Assembly: GCA_965237955.1 (NCBI GenBank)
Contig: OZ250169.1
Coordinates: forward strand, 4,544,001-4,608,000
Source: Candidatus Marinacidobacterales bacterium
Lineage (GTDB): Bacteria > Acidobacteriota > Vicinamibacteria > Marinacidobacterales > SMYC01
Length of the DNA stretch: 64,000 bases
Direction of reading: 5' to 3'
A program made the translations under genes and the position numbers. This document shows, piece after piece, positions 11,555-20,649 of this stretch (positions are counted from its first letter, which is position 1; each line of letters opens with the position of its first letter). The notes beneath the pieces are model-generated. The model saw only the letters and a list, made by a program, of their open reading frames with translations, was not told the origin of the DNA and did not search any database.

Positions 11555-11870
11555 TCACCGCTCACGAGGTACACCGACATTAGCCCCAAAGTGCTGGTGA
11601 AGATTCTGCATCAGCACGACACCTTCCCGGCTGTTCGCGTCAAGATGAAGGATTCTCTCGACGAGTTTCGGGCACTGCGCTGAATAGGTCTTGTAGACAT
11701 CGTCTTGCTCTAAGAAACACTCCATAGCGTACAAGTAGGCTTGGCCTAGTTGAACGCGCAGAGCGTTTAGAGCGTAGCGGTTGTGAAGATTCTGATCGTA
11801 GTAGAACTGAAGCCCGTCCTCTAGCGTATCGATCGCTTCAGTCAATCGACCGCCTCTTGCTAGGATACTC
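11555..11870 (-). pseudogene. C-terminal fragment of a helical/TPR-like protein, truncated by the IS5 remnant
   Basis: GRLTEAIDTLEDGL...LGQAYLYA helical pattern in ORF 11555-12022. Confidence 0.45.
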
Positions 11871-11875
11871 GGTCG

Positions 11876-12275
11876 GTGTACGAGCTGCTCGGTGAGGTCG
11901 GCACCGCGGACATCAAGTTCGTGATCCCACCTCGACGAGGGGCGGTGCCTTCGGACGGCGCCGAGGGCACGTGGGCGCAGCGGAACGCAACCCTCGAGAC
12001 GATTCGCAATGTCGGACGCCAAGGCTGGCAGCGGAAGTCACGGTATCGACGACAGGGCTCCGTCCAGAATCTTTTCTTCAGGTACAAGCGCACGCTCGGA
12101 AACAGCCTTCTCGCGCGCGGCTACGAATCGCAGAAGCGGGAGGCAAGGATCGGGTGCAATGTATTGAGCCGGATGGCTGAGCTGGGCAAGCCTGAATCCC
12201 AAGCGATCGTCGGGGAGTAAGTTGGGCCGCCAAAAGGTTCCGTGCGTGTCCCGCACTGATTCATGCACCAACGCC
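11876..12275 (+). mobile_element. IS5 family (IS903-like) remnant: transposase C-terminus plus right end
   Basis: VIPPRRGA...W---SRY--R...FRYK---G--L-AR----Q--E----CN-L--M---GKPES; end ...TCATGCACCAACGCC. Confidence 0.8.
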
Positions 12276-12347
12276 CAGCGGCCGGGCCGGGACATCCCCT
12301 CCTGGAGAGAGATACAATGGACAGGCTACCCGAGAAAGGTTTCCAGC

Positions 12348-13889
12348 ATGGCGCAAGTCTTCCAGATAGCCTCTCAGAGGTTGCCCCTGTTTGGGGTGGT
12401 CTTGGCGGCCTGGCTCGGAGTCTCTCTTTCGTGTGGATCCTCCGGCCCATGGCAAGACAACCAGAGTGACGACAGCCGGGTGGATGCTCGTACACCAGGT
12501 GGCGATGCGCAGGCCGCCCGCGAGCGCGACGAAGAAGACGGGAGCAAGCAGGTTGCGTCCTCGGAGGGGGGTGAGCTTCGTAGCCTGACCGGTGCTCGAA
12601 CCCGGGTCGTCTGGACCCAGGATGTCGCCGACGGGACGGACATCCTCAGCGCGGGGAATCAGCTGATCTTGATGGGCTTTGACACCCACGACGACCTCGG
12701 CGAGCGACCTATCCTCGCCACAACGGCTAACTATTCCAAACCCCTGATCACGCCTCTTGGCAACCGGGTTGTGTTCTCGGACCACCAGCAAGGGAGCGCG
12801 TTCATTGTGAACTGGGATGGATCCGGCCTGAGGCGGCTTGAGGAAGGGTTTGCTCTCGCAACCTGGATCGATCCGGATACGAGAATCGAGTGGGTCTACA
12901 TCGGCACGGACGAAGCGCCGACCAGAGCTCCCTCCTATCGAATCGTCACGCGGTACCAGATCGATCGATTAGACGTGAGAGAAGTCGTCTGGGACAAGAA
13001 ACCGGTGAACCACAATAGCTTCCAGCTGTCAGCGGACGGCCGCCTCGCCGGCGGCCTGTTTCCTTGGCCTAATGCGGGTGTGGCGGAGCTGCCCAATGGA
13101 TCGTGGCGGCCCCTGGGAAAGGGATGTTGGACGGCTCTGGCAGGTGGCTCGAGCTCATTGTTCTGGTACTTCGACGGGGCTCACCGGAACCTGACCATGG
13201 TGGATCTGGAACGTGACGAACGGTGGCGGGTCAACATCAACAGTGCGCCCGGCATCGAGGGTTACGAGATTTATCATCCACGGTGGACCAACCATCCCCG
13301 GTTCCTCACGATGACCGGTCCCTACACCGTGGGCAACGAGGCGAACAAGATCCGTGGGGGTGGTCAACAGGTCGAGATCTACGTTGGGCGATTTGCCGCT
13401 GATTTCACCTCCGTCGGGGACTGGGTCAGGGTGACGGCCAACCGGCGCGCCGATTTTTACCCAGATGCTTGGATTGATCCGACCGAGCAACTCCCGACCA
13501 GCATGGTGCGTGACGTCGGACCTGAGGCAGCGCCCCCGTCAGCGGCGCCGGCCGCCGAAGCGAGCGCCCCGCTGGTCGTTGAGGCCCGGGTGCTGGAGAG
13601 CGGTCCGATTCCCACCCCGAAGTCGATCCTCCCCTATCGGCGTGCGCTGCTCGTCATCGAATACGAAGTCGTCCGCGTTCTGTCCGGCGCCTACGAAGAA
13701 AAGAAGATCCTCGTTGCACACTGGGTCATTCGAGACGACGAAGTGCTGGCCACGGCGGCGCGAGAACGGGGCACGGTCCATCGAATGTCGCTCGGCGCCT
13801 ATGACGAGCACGAGGAGCTGGAAGGAGAGCGGCTCGTCATGGATAGCGACGAATTTGGCCTGCGCCTCTATTACGACATCGCCAGCTAG
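12348..13889 (+). CDS. Exported beta-propeller-like protein with a C-terminal domain shared with the AlgX/J-like protein
   Basis: ATG 12348 after GAAAGG; hydrophobic N-terminus ending LSC (possible lipobox); TolB-like HPRW/FYPDAW motifs. Confidence 0.75.
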   Translation: MAQVFQIASQRLPLFGVVLAAWLGVSLSCGSSGPWQDNQSDDSRVDARTPGGDAQAARERDEEDGSKQVASSEGGELRSLTGARTRVVWTQDVADGTDILSAGNQLILMGFDTHDDLGERPILATTANYSKPLITPLGNRVVFSDHQQGSAFIVNWDGSGLRRLEEGFALATWIDPDTRIEWVYIGTDEAPTRAPSYRIVTRYQIDRLDVREVVWDKKPVNHNSFQLSADGRLAGGLFPWPNAGVAELPNGSWRPLGKGCWTALAGGSSSLFWYFDGAHRNLTMVDLERDERWRVNINSAPGIEGYEIYHPRWTNHPRFLTMTGPYTVGNEANKIRGGGQQVEIYVGRFAADFTSVGDWVRVTANRRADFYPDAWIDPTEQLPTSMVRDVGPEAAPPSAAPAAEASAPLVVEARVLESGPIPTPKSILPYRRALLVIEYEVVRVLSGAYEEKKILVAHWVIRDDEVLATAARERGTVHRMSLGAYDEHEELEGERLVMDSDEFGLRLYYDIAS

Positions 13890-13996
13890 TGCCGTTCCAA
13901 CTTGTTTCGCTAGCAAACCCGTTGCCCAGGTGCCGGCACGAGCGACCTGCCGTGGCGCCGACATTTGGGCGTAGATAGTTGGAAAGGCACTAAAGA

Positions 13997-15454
13997 GTGG
14001 TTTTCAGCTCGTACCTCTTCCTCTTCTACTATCTCCCGGTTGTCCTGCTCCTCTACTACGCTTCACCGCGTCGAGGTAAACACCTTCTCCTCACCCTGGT
14101 GAGCTATCTGTTCTACGGGTGGGCGAACCCGCTTTTTGTCTTCCTCCTTTTGGGATCGACGACGGTGGATTACTTCTGTGGACTCGTGATTACCGAGCAC
14201 GGCGTGCGCAACTGGGGAAATCCGATCCGAAAGCTCCAGCCCGGGACACCGCGCACCCGCTCCCAGCGTGTCGCCGTGACCTTGTCCATCGTCTCCAATT
14301 TGTCACTGCTGGGCTTTTTCAAGTACTTCAATTTCGCCGCGGATAACTTCGATGCGATCCTGACCTGGCTCGGCCTGCCGGAGCTCCAGATTCAGAGGGT
14401 GATCACCGTGGTGTTGCCCCTCGGAATCAGCTTCTACACCTTCCAGTCGATGAGCTACACCATCGACGTCTATCGTGGTCACGCTCGCGCGCTTCGGAAT
14501 TTCATCGACTTCGCCTGCTACGTGTCGATGTTTCCTCAGCTCGTGGCTGGGCCGATAATCCGGTTCTCGGAGGTCGCCGACCAACTTGCCGAGCGGACGC
14601 ACACCGTCACGAAGTTCGCGCGTGGCGTCGCCTTCGTTAGTGTCGGGCTAGCGAAGAAGATCCTCCTCGCCAATCCCTGTGGCAAGGTGGCGGATGTGGC
14701 GTTCGAGGCGGGATCCATCGGTCTCGTGGATGCCTGGTACGGCGTGATCGGCTACGCCTTCCAGATCTACTTCGACTTCAGCGCGTACTCGGACATGGCA
14801 ATCGGGCTGGGCCTCATGCTGGGATTCGTCTTCTCCAAGAACTTCGATTCTCCCTACCTCGCCCAGTCGATCACCGAGTTCTGGCGGCGGTGGCACATCT
14901 CCCTGTCAACCTGGCTCCGAGACTATCTCTACATTCCGCTCGGCGGAAGTCGCCGAGGACCGGCAAGGACCTACCTGAACCTGGGCGTCGTCATGCTCCT
15001 CGGAGGCCTGTGGCACGGCGCGGCCTGGAACTTCGTTATCTGGGGAGGCTTGCATGGCCTCTTACTCGCCGCGGAGCGCCTCCGCGGAAAGACCTCCCCG
15101 TATCAGTGGCTACCCAAAGCTGGCCGCCGGGCCGTGACGTTCGTCCTTGTGCTCATCACCTGGGTGTTCTTTCGGGCCGACGATCTGCCAGCGGCGCTCC
15201 TCTATCTTCGAAGCATGTTCGGGCTCGAGGCTGCATACGAAAGCGCCGGGCTTCTGAGCGGGATTTTGTATCAGCCGTATTATCTCGGCACCGTCCTGGT
15301 TGCGGCTCTGGTGACCTGGACTTGCCCACAGACCTGGGATTGGACACGCACGATCACGCCACTGAAGGCGGGTGCGCTCGTCCTGCTCTGGCTGGTCTCA
15401 CTCGCCGTGCTGGCAACGCAGACCTACAACCCGTTCATCTACTTCATTTTTTGA
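13997..15454 (+). CDS. MBOAT family O-acyltransferase (AlgI/PatA-like)
   Basis: MVFSS, LPLGISFYTFQSMSY, FPQLVAGPI, QIYFDFSAYSDMAIG, FWRRWHISLS, GLWHGA, NPFIYF. Confidence 0.95.
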   Translation: MVFSSYLFLFYYLPVVLLLYYASPRRGKHLLLTLVSYLFYGWANPLFVFLLLGSTTVDYFCGLVITEHGVRNWGNPIRKLQPGTPRTRSQRVAVTLSIVSNLSLLGFFKYFNFAADNFDAILTWLGLPELQIQRVITVVLPLGISFYTFQSMSYTIDVYRGHARALRNFIDFACYVSMFPQLVAGPIIRFSEVADQLAERTHTVTKFARGVAFVSVGLAKKILLANPCGKVADVAFEAGSIGLVDAWYGVIGYAFQIYFDFSAYSDMAIGLGLMLGFVFSKNFDSPYLAQSITEFWRRWHISLSTWLRDYLYIPLGGSRRGPARTYLNLGVVMLLGGLWHGAAWNFVIWGGLHGLLLAAERLRGKTSPYQWLPKAGRRAVTFVLVLITWVFFRADDLPAALLYLRSMFGLEAAYESAGLLSGILYQPYYLGTVLVAALVTWTCPQTWDWTRTITPLKAGALVLLWLVSLAVLATQTYNPFIYFIF

Positions 15455-15471
15455 AAGGACATTAGCTGCCG

Positions 15472-17175
15472 ATGCCGGAGACCTCGCTGCAAGACTTCCG
15501 AGAGGAGCTCGCCAGACGCGAAGTGGGCCGGACGACGGTTGGGCGACGGACCGCCTGGGTTCTCGTGGCGCAGTTTCTGCTCGTGGTCGGTGCGGTGCCG
15601 CTCAGCGAGATCCTTCGCGACCGTCGGAATCCCGAGGCGACAGACACCCTCCGCGAACGACTGTCACGCCTGGTGCGTACGTTCCTGCCGGCGGACACGG
15701 ACCATGCCGAGACCGCGTCACCGCTTGTCTCGCGGATCGTCTCGCGGAACCGAGCGCTCATCCGGGAGCTCGATCGGTTTGGGGACGCGGCGGAGGATGT
15801 ATCGCTGCTTGGACGGCAGCTGCGGCCGCCAACCCAATACGGGCTCGCGGGCCTCGGCGCGGGTAACGAACAGGCCTACATCGGGCGTACGGGGTGGCTG
15901 TTCTATCGCCAGGGGCTGGACTACCTCACAGGACCCGGCTTTCTCGAGCCCAGGCAGCTTGCGACCCGCCGTGCGACGAACGACCTCGGGGATAGCCTGC
16001 AACCGGATCCGCGCCCGGCGATCCTGCAGCTGAAAGCGCAGCTCGATGAGCGAGGGATCCAACTCGTCGTCATGCCGACACCCGTCAAGTCGACCATTCA
16101 TCCGGAACGCTTCAGCCGTCGCTTCGAGGGCCGGAAGGATCCGCTTCGGCCGGCTTCGTATGCGACCTTCATTCGTGAGCTCGAGCAGCGCGGCATGCTC
16201 GTTTTCGATCCTGCCCCGGACCTGCTCGAAGCGAAGCGTCGGAGGGGAACGTCTCAGCACTTGATGGCCGACACGCACTGGCGACCTGAGGCAATGGAGT
16301 TGGTGGCCGCTCGTCTTCGTGATTTTGTGACGCGGCATGTCGATCTGCCGCCGACGCCGCCAGCCGGCTACGTCACTACACCTGTGGAGGTCACGAATCC
16401 GGGCGACGTCGCCCGGATGTTGGATCTGCCGGAAGGGCAGTCTTGCTATCCAGCGGAGAACGTCCGGCTGCGACAGATCCGCAGCGCGGATCACGCGCTC
16501 TGGCAGCCGAGTCGATCTGCAGACGTCTTGCTGCTCGGTGACAGCTTCAGCAACATCTACTCGCTTGCCGAGATGGGATGGGGTGAGTCTGCTGGATTTG
16601 CCGAGCAGCTGAGTTTTCTCATGCAACGACCTATTGACCGGATCGTTCAGAACGCCGACGGGGCGTTTGCTACACGGGAGCTTCTGGGGCGCGAGCTGGC
16701 GCGCGGCAGGGATCGCCTCGCGGGCAAGCGCCTCGTGGTCTTCCAGTTTGCGGAGAGGGAGCTGGCCTTTGGAGACTGGAAGCTCGTGGATCTCACTCTG
16801 GGCGAGGCAGCGCCAGGCCGTTTCTTCGTTCCAGACGTCGGAGAGGAGGTCGTCGTAACCGGGACCATTCGAGAGATTGCCCCGATTCCGCGCCCGGGTA
16901 CGGTTCCTTACGCGGACCACATCACAGCGATGCACCTCGTGGAGCTTGCTAGCGAGCGGGCAGGCGTGAGCGGGGGCCAGGCCGTCGTGTACATCTGGGG
17001 AATGCGTGACCACGTTTTGAAGGAAGCCGCACAGTTTCGGGCGGGAGACACGATCGCGGTCCGCCTCCGGCCGTGGTTAGATGTGGCGGATCAGTACGAC
17101 AGTATCAGCCGCACCGAGCTTACGAACGACGACGTGCAGTTTGAAGAGCCGACGTGGGGCGAGGTGGTTAATTAG
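15472..17175 (+). CDS. AlgX/AlgJ-like SGNH O-acetyltransferase with extra C-terminal domain
   Basis: GRTGWLFY, P-KSTIHPE, DTHW, LLGDSFS, FAER. Confidence 0.88.
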   Translation: MPETSLQDFREELARREVGRTTVGRRTAWVLVAQFLLVVGAVPLSEILRDRRNPEATDTLRERLSRLVRTFLPADTDHAETASPLVSRIVSRNRALIRELDRFGDAAEDVSLLGRQLRPPTQYGLAGLGAGNEQAYIGRTGWLFYRQGLDYLTGPGFLEPRQLATRRATNDLGDSLQPDPRPAILQLKAQLDERGIQLVVMPTPVKSTIHPERFSRRFEGRKDPLRPASYATFIRELEQRGMLVFDPAPDLLEAKRRRGTSQHLMADTHWRPEAMELVAARLRDFVTRHVDLPPTPPAGYVTTPVEVTNPGDVARMLDLPEGQSCYPAENVRLRQIRSADHALWQPSRSADVLLLGDSFSNIYSLAEMGWGESAGFAEQLSFLMQRPIDRIVQNADGAFATRELLGRELARGRDRLAGKRLVVFQFAERELAFGDWKLVDLTLGEAAPGRFFVPDVGEEVVVTGTIREIAPIPRPGTVPYADHITAMHLVELASERAGVSGGQAVVYIWGMRDHVLKEAAQFRAGDTIAVRLRPWLDVADQYDSISRTELTNDDVQFEEPTWGEVVN

Positions 17176-18242
17176 TGTTACGAAGCAGCGCTGCGGCGGC
17201 CGGTATTGCCCTCCTGGTCTTTTCGTGTAGCCAGGGAGGCACGCAGCCACCCGACGCAAACGCGCTGTTCACCGAATGGGCGAGCTTGGCTCGGTCCGCT
17301 GAGCAGCAAGGGTCCATTGTGGTCGAGGGCAGTGAGGGGTGGTTGTTCTTCGCCCCCGAGCTGCGGCACGTCGGCGTGGGCGAGTTCTGGGGCGACGCCG
17401 CGGCTGCAGTGAGCAAGGCAAGACGCCCGGAATGGGGGGACCCGCTTCCGGCTGTGCTCGACTTTCACAAACAGCTCCTCGAGGCAGGCGTCGGGCTCGT
17501 GATCGTACCTGTACCGCCCAAGAGCATCATCTACCCGGATAAGCTTCCGTCCACCGTCGAGTTCGGCGCTGAGCCGCTGCCACGTCTCGACGTCCATCAT
17601 CAGACGTTCTATGAGCTGCTTCGCGAGAGTGGTGTGAAGGTCCTGGACCTTACGCCCGTTTTTCTGTCGAATCGAGTGCATCCCAATGGCCCTCTGTACT
17701 GCCAGCAGGACACACATTGGTCGGGCATCGCCACGGCCCTCGCGGCGGAGCAGATCGCCGCCGACGTCGACTCCAAGCCGTGGTTCGAGGCTGCGGCAAA
17801 AACAACCTTTCAGGACGGGTGGAAAACGGTGGAGATTGCCGGTGATCTGTGGCGAGCGCTAGCCGAGCCCTCGCTGGCCAAGGAGCGACTCTCATTGCGT
17901 TTCGTGGGAACCGGCACCGAAGGCGCTCTCACCCCGGTAGAGTCCGATCCATGGAGCCCGGTTGTGCTTCTGGGCGACAGCCACACGCTGATGTTCCATG
18001 CCGGCGGCGACATGCACGCGCAGGGGGCTGGCCTGGCCGATCAGCTCGCCTTGGAATTTGGATTTGCGATCGACCTGGTGGGAGTGCGCGGCTCTGGGGC
18101 GACAGCGGCGCGGATCAACCTGTTGCGGCGTGCTCAGCGAATGCCCGGGTACTGGGCCAACAAGCGGCTGGTCATTTGGTGCTTCGCGGCCCGCGAGTTC
18201 ACTGAGAGCGACGGGTGGCGGAAAGTCCCGATCGGGTCGTGA
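17175..18242 (+). CDS. AlgX/AlgJ-like SGNH O-acetyltransferase, lipoprotein
   Basis: Lipobox VFSC; GSEGWLF, PPKSIIYPD, DTHWS, LLGDSH. Confidence 0.88.
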   Translation: MLRSSAAAAGIALLVFSCSQGGTQPPDANALFTEWASLARSAEQQGSIVVEGSEGWLFFAPELRHVGVGEFWGDAAAAVSKARRPEWGDPLPAVLDFHKQLLEAGVGLVIVPVPPKSIIYPDKLPSTVEFGAEPLPRLDVHHQTFYELLRESGVKVLDLTPVFLSNRVHPNGPLYCQQDTHWSGIATALAAEQIAADVDSKPWFEAAAKTTFQDGWKTVEIAGDLWRALAEPSLAKERLSLRFVGTGTEGALTPVESDPWSPVVLLGDSHTLMFHAGGDMHAQGAGLADQLALEFGFAIDLVGVRGSGATAARINLLRRAQRMPGYWANKRLVIWCFAAREFTESDGWRKVPIGS

Positions 18243-18315
18243 CACTCAGTCGAACCTCGCTCCTGTCATTCATCATTATTGATCCGGCCGGGCCGCACCG
18301 GCACACACACTTCAA

Positions 18316-18520
18316 GTCCGAGACAATGAATCCGAGCTTCGTGAGCTCCGCGTGGATACGCCACGCGGTGCGCCCCAGCCGTCCTGAAGCCATCACCCGG
18401 ATGAGCCGACGTATCTCGGCGTCGATACGAGGCCGGCCAGGATAGCGCCTCTTGGAGAGCCAGTTCCAGTATCGTTGGAATCGATCCCGATTCCTTGTCC
18501 GCGTTGACGATGACCAAGCG
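18316..18520 (-). pseudogene. Integrase-core (rve) transposase remnant
   Basis: LVIVNAD / RFQRYWNWLSKRRYPGRPRIDAEIRRLIRVMA...RIHAELTKLGFIVS, frameshifted. Confidence 0.7.
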
Positions 18521-18757
18521 GCTCGTTCACGGGGGGCTGTGCCTCATCAAAATCCGTCCACGTGTAAAATCAGAGACTTACGCGCGTTCTCGCATCGTCC
18601 AGAGAGCGGATCTCACGCTTGAGATCGCGGCGAGGGTGACACTCCGCCCGAATTTTCAGGGGCTCGTGCGCAAAAAAAGCCGACCATCTGTCCGCCGACT
18701 GAGTGATGCGCCCGATGACCCTCTATTTGGCTCTTCACGCGGGCGGATGGGCAAGTG

Positions 18758-18940
18758 ACTTTGCCCGGACTTTGCCCGTCTTGCTGGCGGGTTGTGGTCT
18801 GTTCTGGTTGTTGCTGTCTGCACGCCCTCTCGTAAGAGACGGGAAACAAACCAAAACCGACCAGAACCGACCAGCAGAGACCACATCCGCGGGGTCTGAA
18901 AATCCTTGCGTCGCCAGTTCAATTCTGGCCCCCGGCACCA
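18758..18940 (+). repeat. att-like module copy 1 with variant tRNA-Phe 3' half
   Basis: ACTTTGCCC x2, phased CTGGT/ACCAG inverted arrays, then CTGAAAATCCTTGCGTCGCCAGTTCAATTCTGGCCCCCGGCACCA. Confidence 0.88.
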
Positions 18941-19137
18941 CGCCAGATCAAATCATCTCAACACTTTCCAGGCGTCGGTGTTTTCGTTTGGACTCCAAAG
19001 TCCCGCTGACTTTGCCCCTCGAGCTTTCCGATAGAGATTCCTCTCACGGGTGGTGCGGGCAGCGGTGCAGGCGATGTGGGAAAACCGGGCGATTCAGGCT
19101 AATCACTGGTAGTGGCCTCTGCCGGTGCCTGCACCGA

Positions 19138-20649
19138 CTAATAAGGATTCGACGGCATCATGTCCCACGCCTCAAGTTTCGGAATCTTCACAGAACCGCC
19201 TTTTGAAAAAACAACTACATTGACACTGTCTTTCTTCGTGGGATATATACGACGTATCACAGCCTGGCGATTGTTTGCAAAAACTTCCACAACGGATTTA
19301 TCCACGAACACTCTCAGCCTCAGTGTCTCACCCCGCTTGAGTTCCAGCGGGCCTGCCTCGACGGACTTCGGACCCTCGCCAAGACTGGACTTGTTGGTAT
19401 CGACCTTGAGCTTCATATCGTTCGTATCGAAATAGACAAGCGTCTCTTCCTGGCCATCAGGCGAAGCACACACCTTGACTCCGAACTGCTGCGCACCTTT
19501 GGGCACCATCTCTATCGAAATCTCAATGCTGTTACCGCGGATATCGTTTAATGGCAACTCGGAATCGGCTTTGACAGTAAGATTCTTCATCTTTTTAGGA
19601 TTGTATCGCAGCATTTTGAGTTCTTCCGGCGGTGACATCCGAAGGGTGTCGTCTTTTGCCAGCCAAAGCACCCGCGGCAGACTCATGGTTCCCCGCCAAC
19701 CGCTTCCGATGTGTATTTTCTTGCTTCTGGTGTCGCGTATCCAGCCCCACATAATCCGGCGGCCCTTGTCGTCCAGCAAACTCTCGGGAGCGAAATACGC
19801 ATTGTCAACCCAGCTCATTTGCTCGTGGAATTCAGGATAGAACTGCTCGTTCTTCCATTGGCCTAGGTAATAACGAACGCCAAGCCTGTGACTGATACTC
19901 AGAAGCATGTGTTTATTGCCTAGCTTGAAAAAATCGGCGCAGGATACATCTTCGCTAATGCTCACATCGCCGACAGTGTGTGCAAATAAGTCACCAACAT
20001 ACTTCCACGGTCCTTCCAGGCTTTTGGACTTGACGATTGCGGGCCTTTTCCCGCCGAAGATAGCGTAGTAGGTATCCCCCTCAAGCCAGCCGTAAGGATC
20101 CCATGAACCGTACTTGCCATGATGAGGGTCGCCCTGGCCGGTTTCCGGAGTAATGGGGTTTGAATCTAGCTTCTTCCAGGTGTCCAGATTATCATCCAGC
20201 GCAACTGCCATAGCATTGCCTGCCATAGCATTGCCCTGTTGGACGAAGTCTCGGTTCAAATTCGTCTCGTGGTAGCACATGGTCGGCACGCCGTCTTTAT
20301 TGAGAAAACAGTTTCCGCTGAACATACCAGTCACCAGTCCCGTCGGGTGATGACGCCAGTGCATCAGGTCTATACTCGAAATATGTCCCCAGTTGTGACC
20401 CCGGTAGTCCTGGAAAATATAGAAAAGATGGTATCTGCCTTTCCAGAAGATTGCGCCGTTAGGATCAAAAGGCGAAGCTCGCCCCTCGAGTATGACGAAA
20501 TGATACCCTGGCCGATACGGATCAACGAGCAGCTTCTCCCTCAGAGCACGCACTTGCTCATTGAGACTCTCCTGCGCCGCCAACGGGCGAGAAGCGGCGG
20601 CGAAGCCCGCGGCACTGGATGCCAGGAACGCTCTTCGGTCGAGTTTCAT
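19138..20649 (-). CDS. Glycoside hydrolase family 32-like protein, Tat-exported
   Basis: LDRRAFL Tat motif; DPNG, YHLFY, WGH, WDP, YFAPES, SLPR, VDKSVVEVF. Confidence 0.9.
   Translation of the reverse strand: MKLDRRAFLASSAAGFAAASRPLAAQESLNEQVRALREKLLVDPYRPGYHFVILEGRASPFDPNGAIFWKGRYHLFYIFQDYRGHNWGHISSIDLMHWRHHPTGLVTGMFSGNCFLNKDGVPTMCYHETNLNRDFVQQGNAMAGNAMAVALDDNLDTWKKLDSNPITPETGQGDPHHGKYGSWDPYGWLEGDTYYAIFGGKRPAIVKSKSLEGPWKYVGDLFAHTVGDVSISEDVSCADFFKLGNKHMLLSISHRLGVRYYLGQWKNEQFYPEFHEQMSWVDNAYFAPESLLDDKGRRIMWGWIRDTRSKKIHIGSGWRGTMSLPRVLWLAKDDTLRMSPPEELKMLRYNPKKMKNLTVKADSELPLNDIRGNSIEISIEMVPKGAQQFGVKVCASPDGQEETLVYFDTNDMKLKVDTNKSSLGEGPKSVEAGPLELKRGETLRLRVFVDKSVVEVFANNRQAVIRRIYPTKKDSVNVVVFSKGGSVKIPKLEAWDMMPSNPY

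Larger units (their letters stand above)
11263..18940. mobile_element. tRNA-Phe-integrated cassette 1 (O-acetylation operon cargo; no integrase seen)
   Basis: Bounded by the tRNA and a tRNA 3'-half repeat at 18896-18940; IHF-like TATCAGTAGTTTA directly after the tRNA. Confidence 0.75.

Noticed and set aside
18896-18940. Possible extra tRNA genes here and at 28521-28565
   Set aside because: Only the 3' half from the anticodon loop is present; no D-arm or 5' acceptor strand, so these are att repeats
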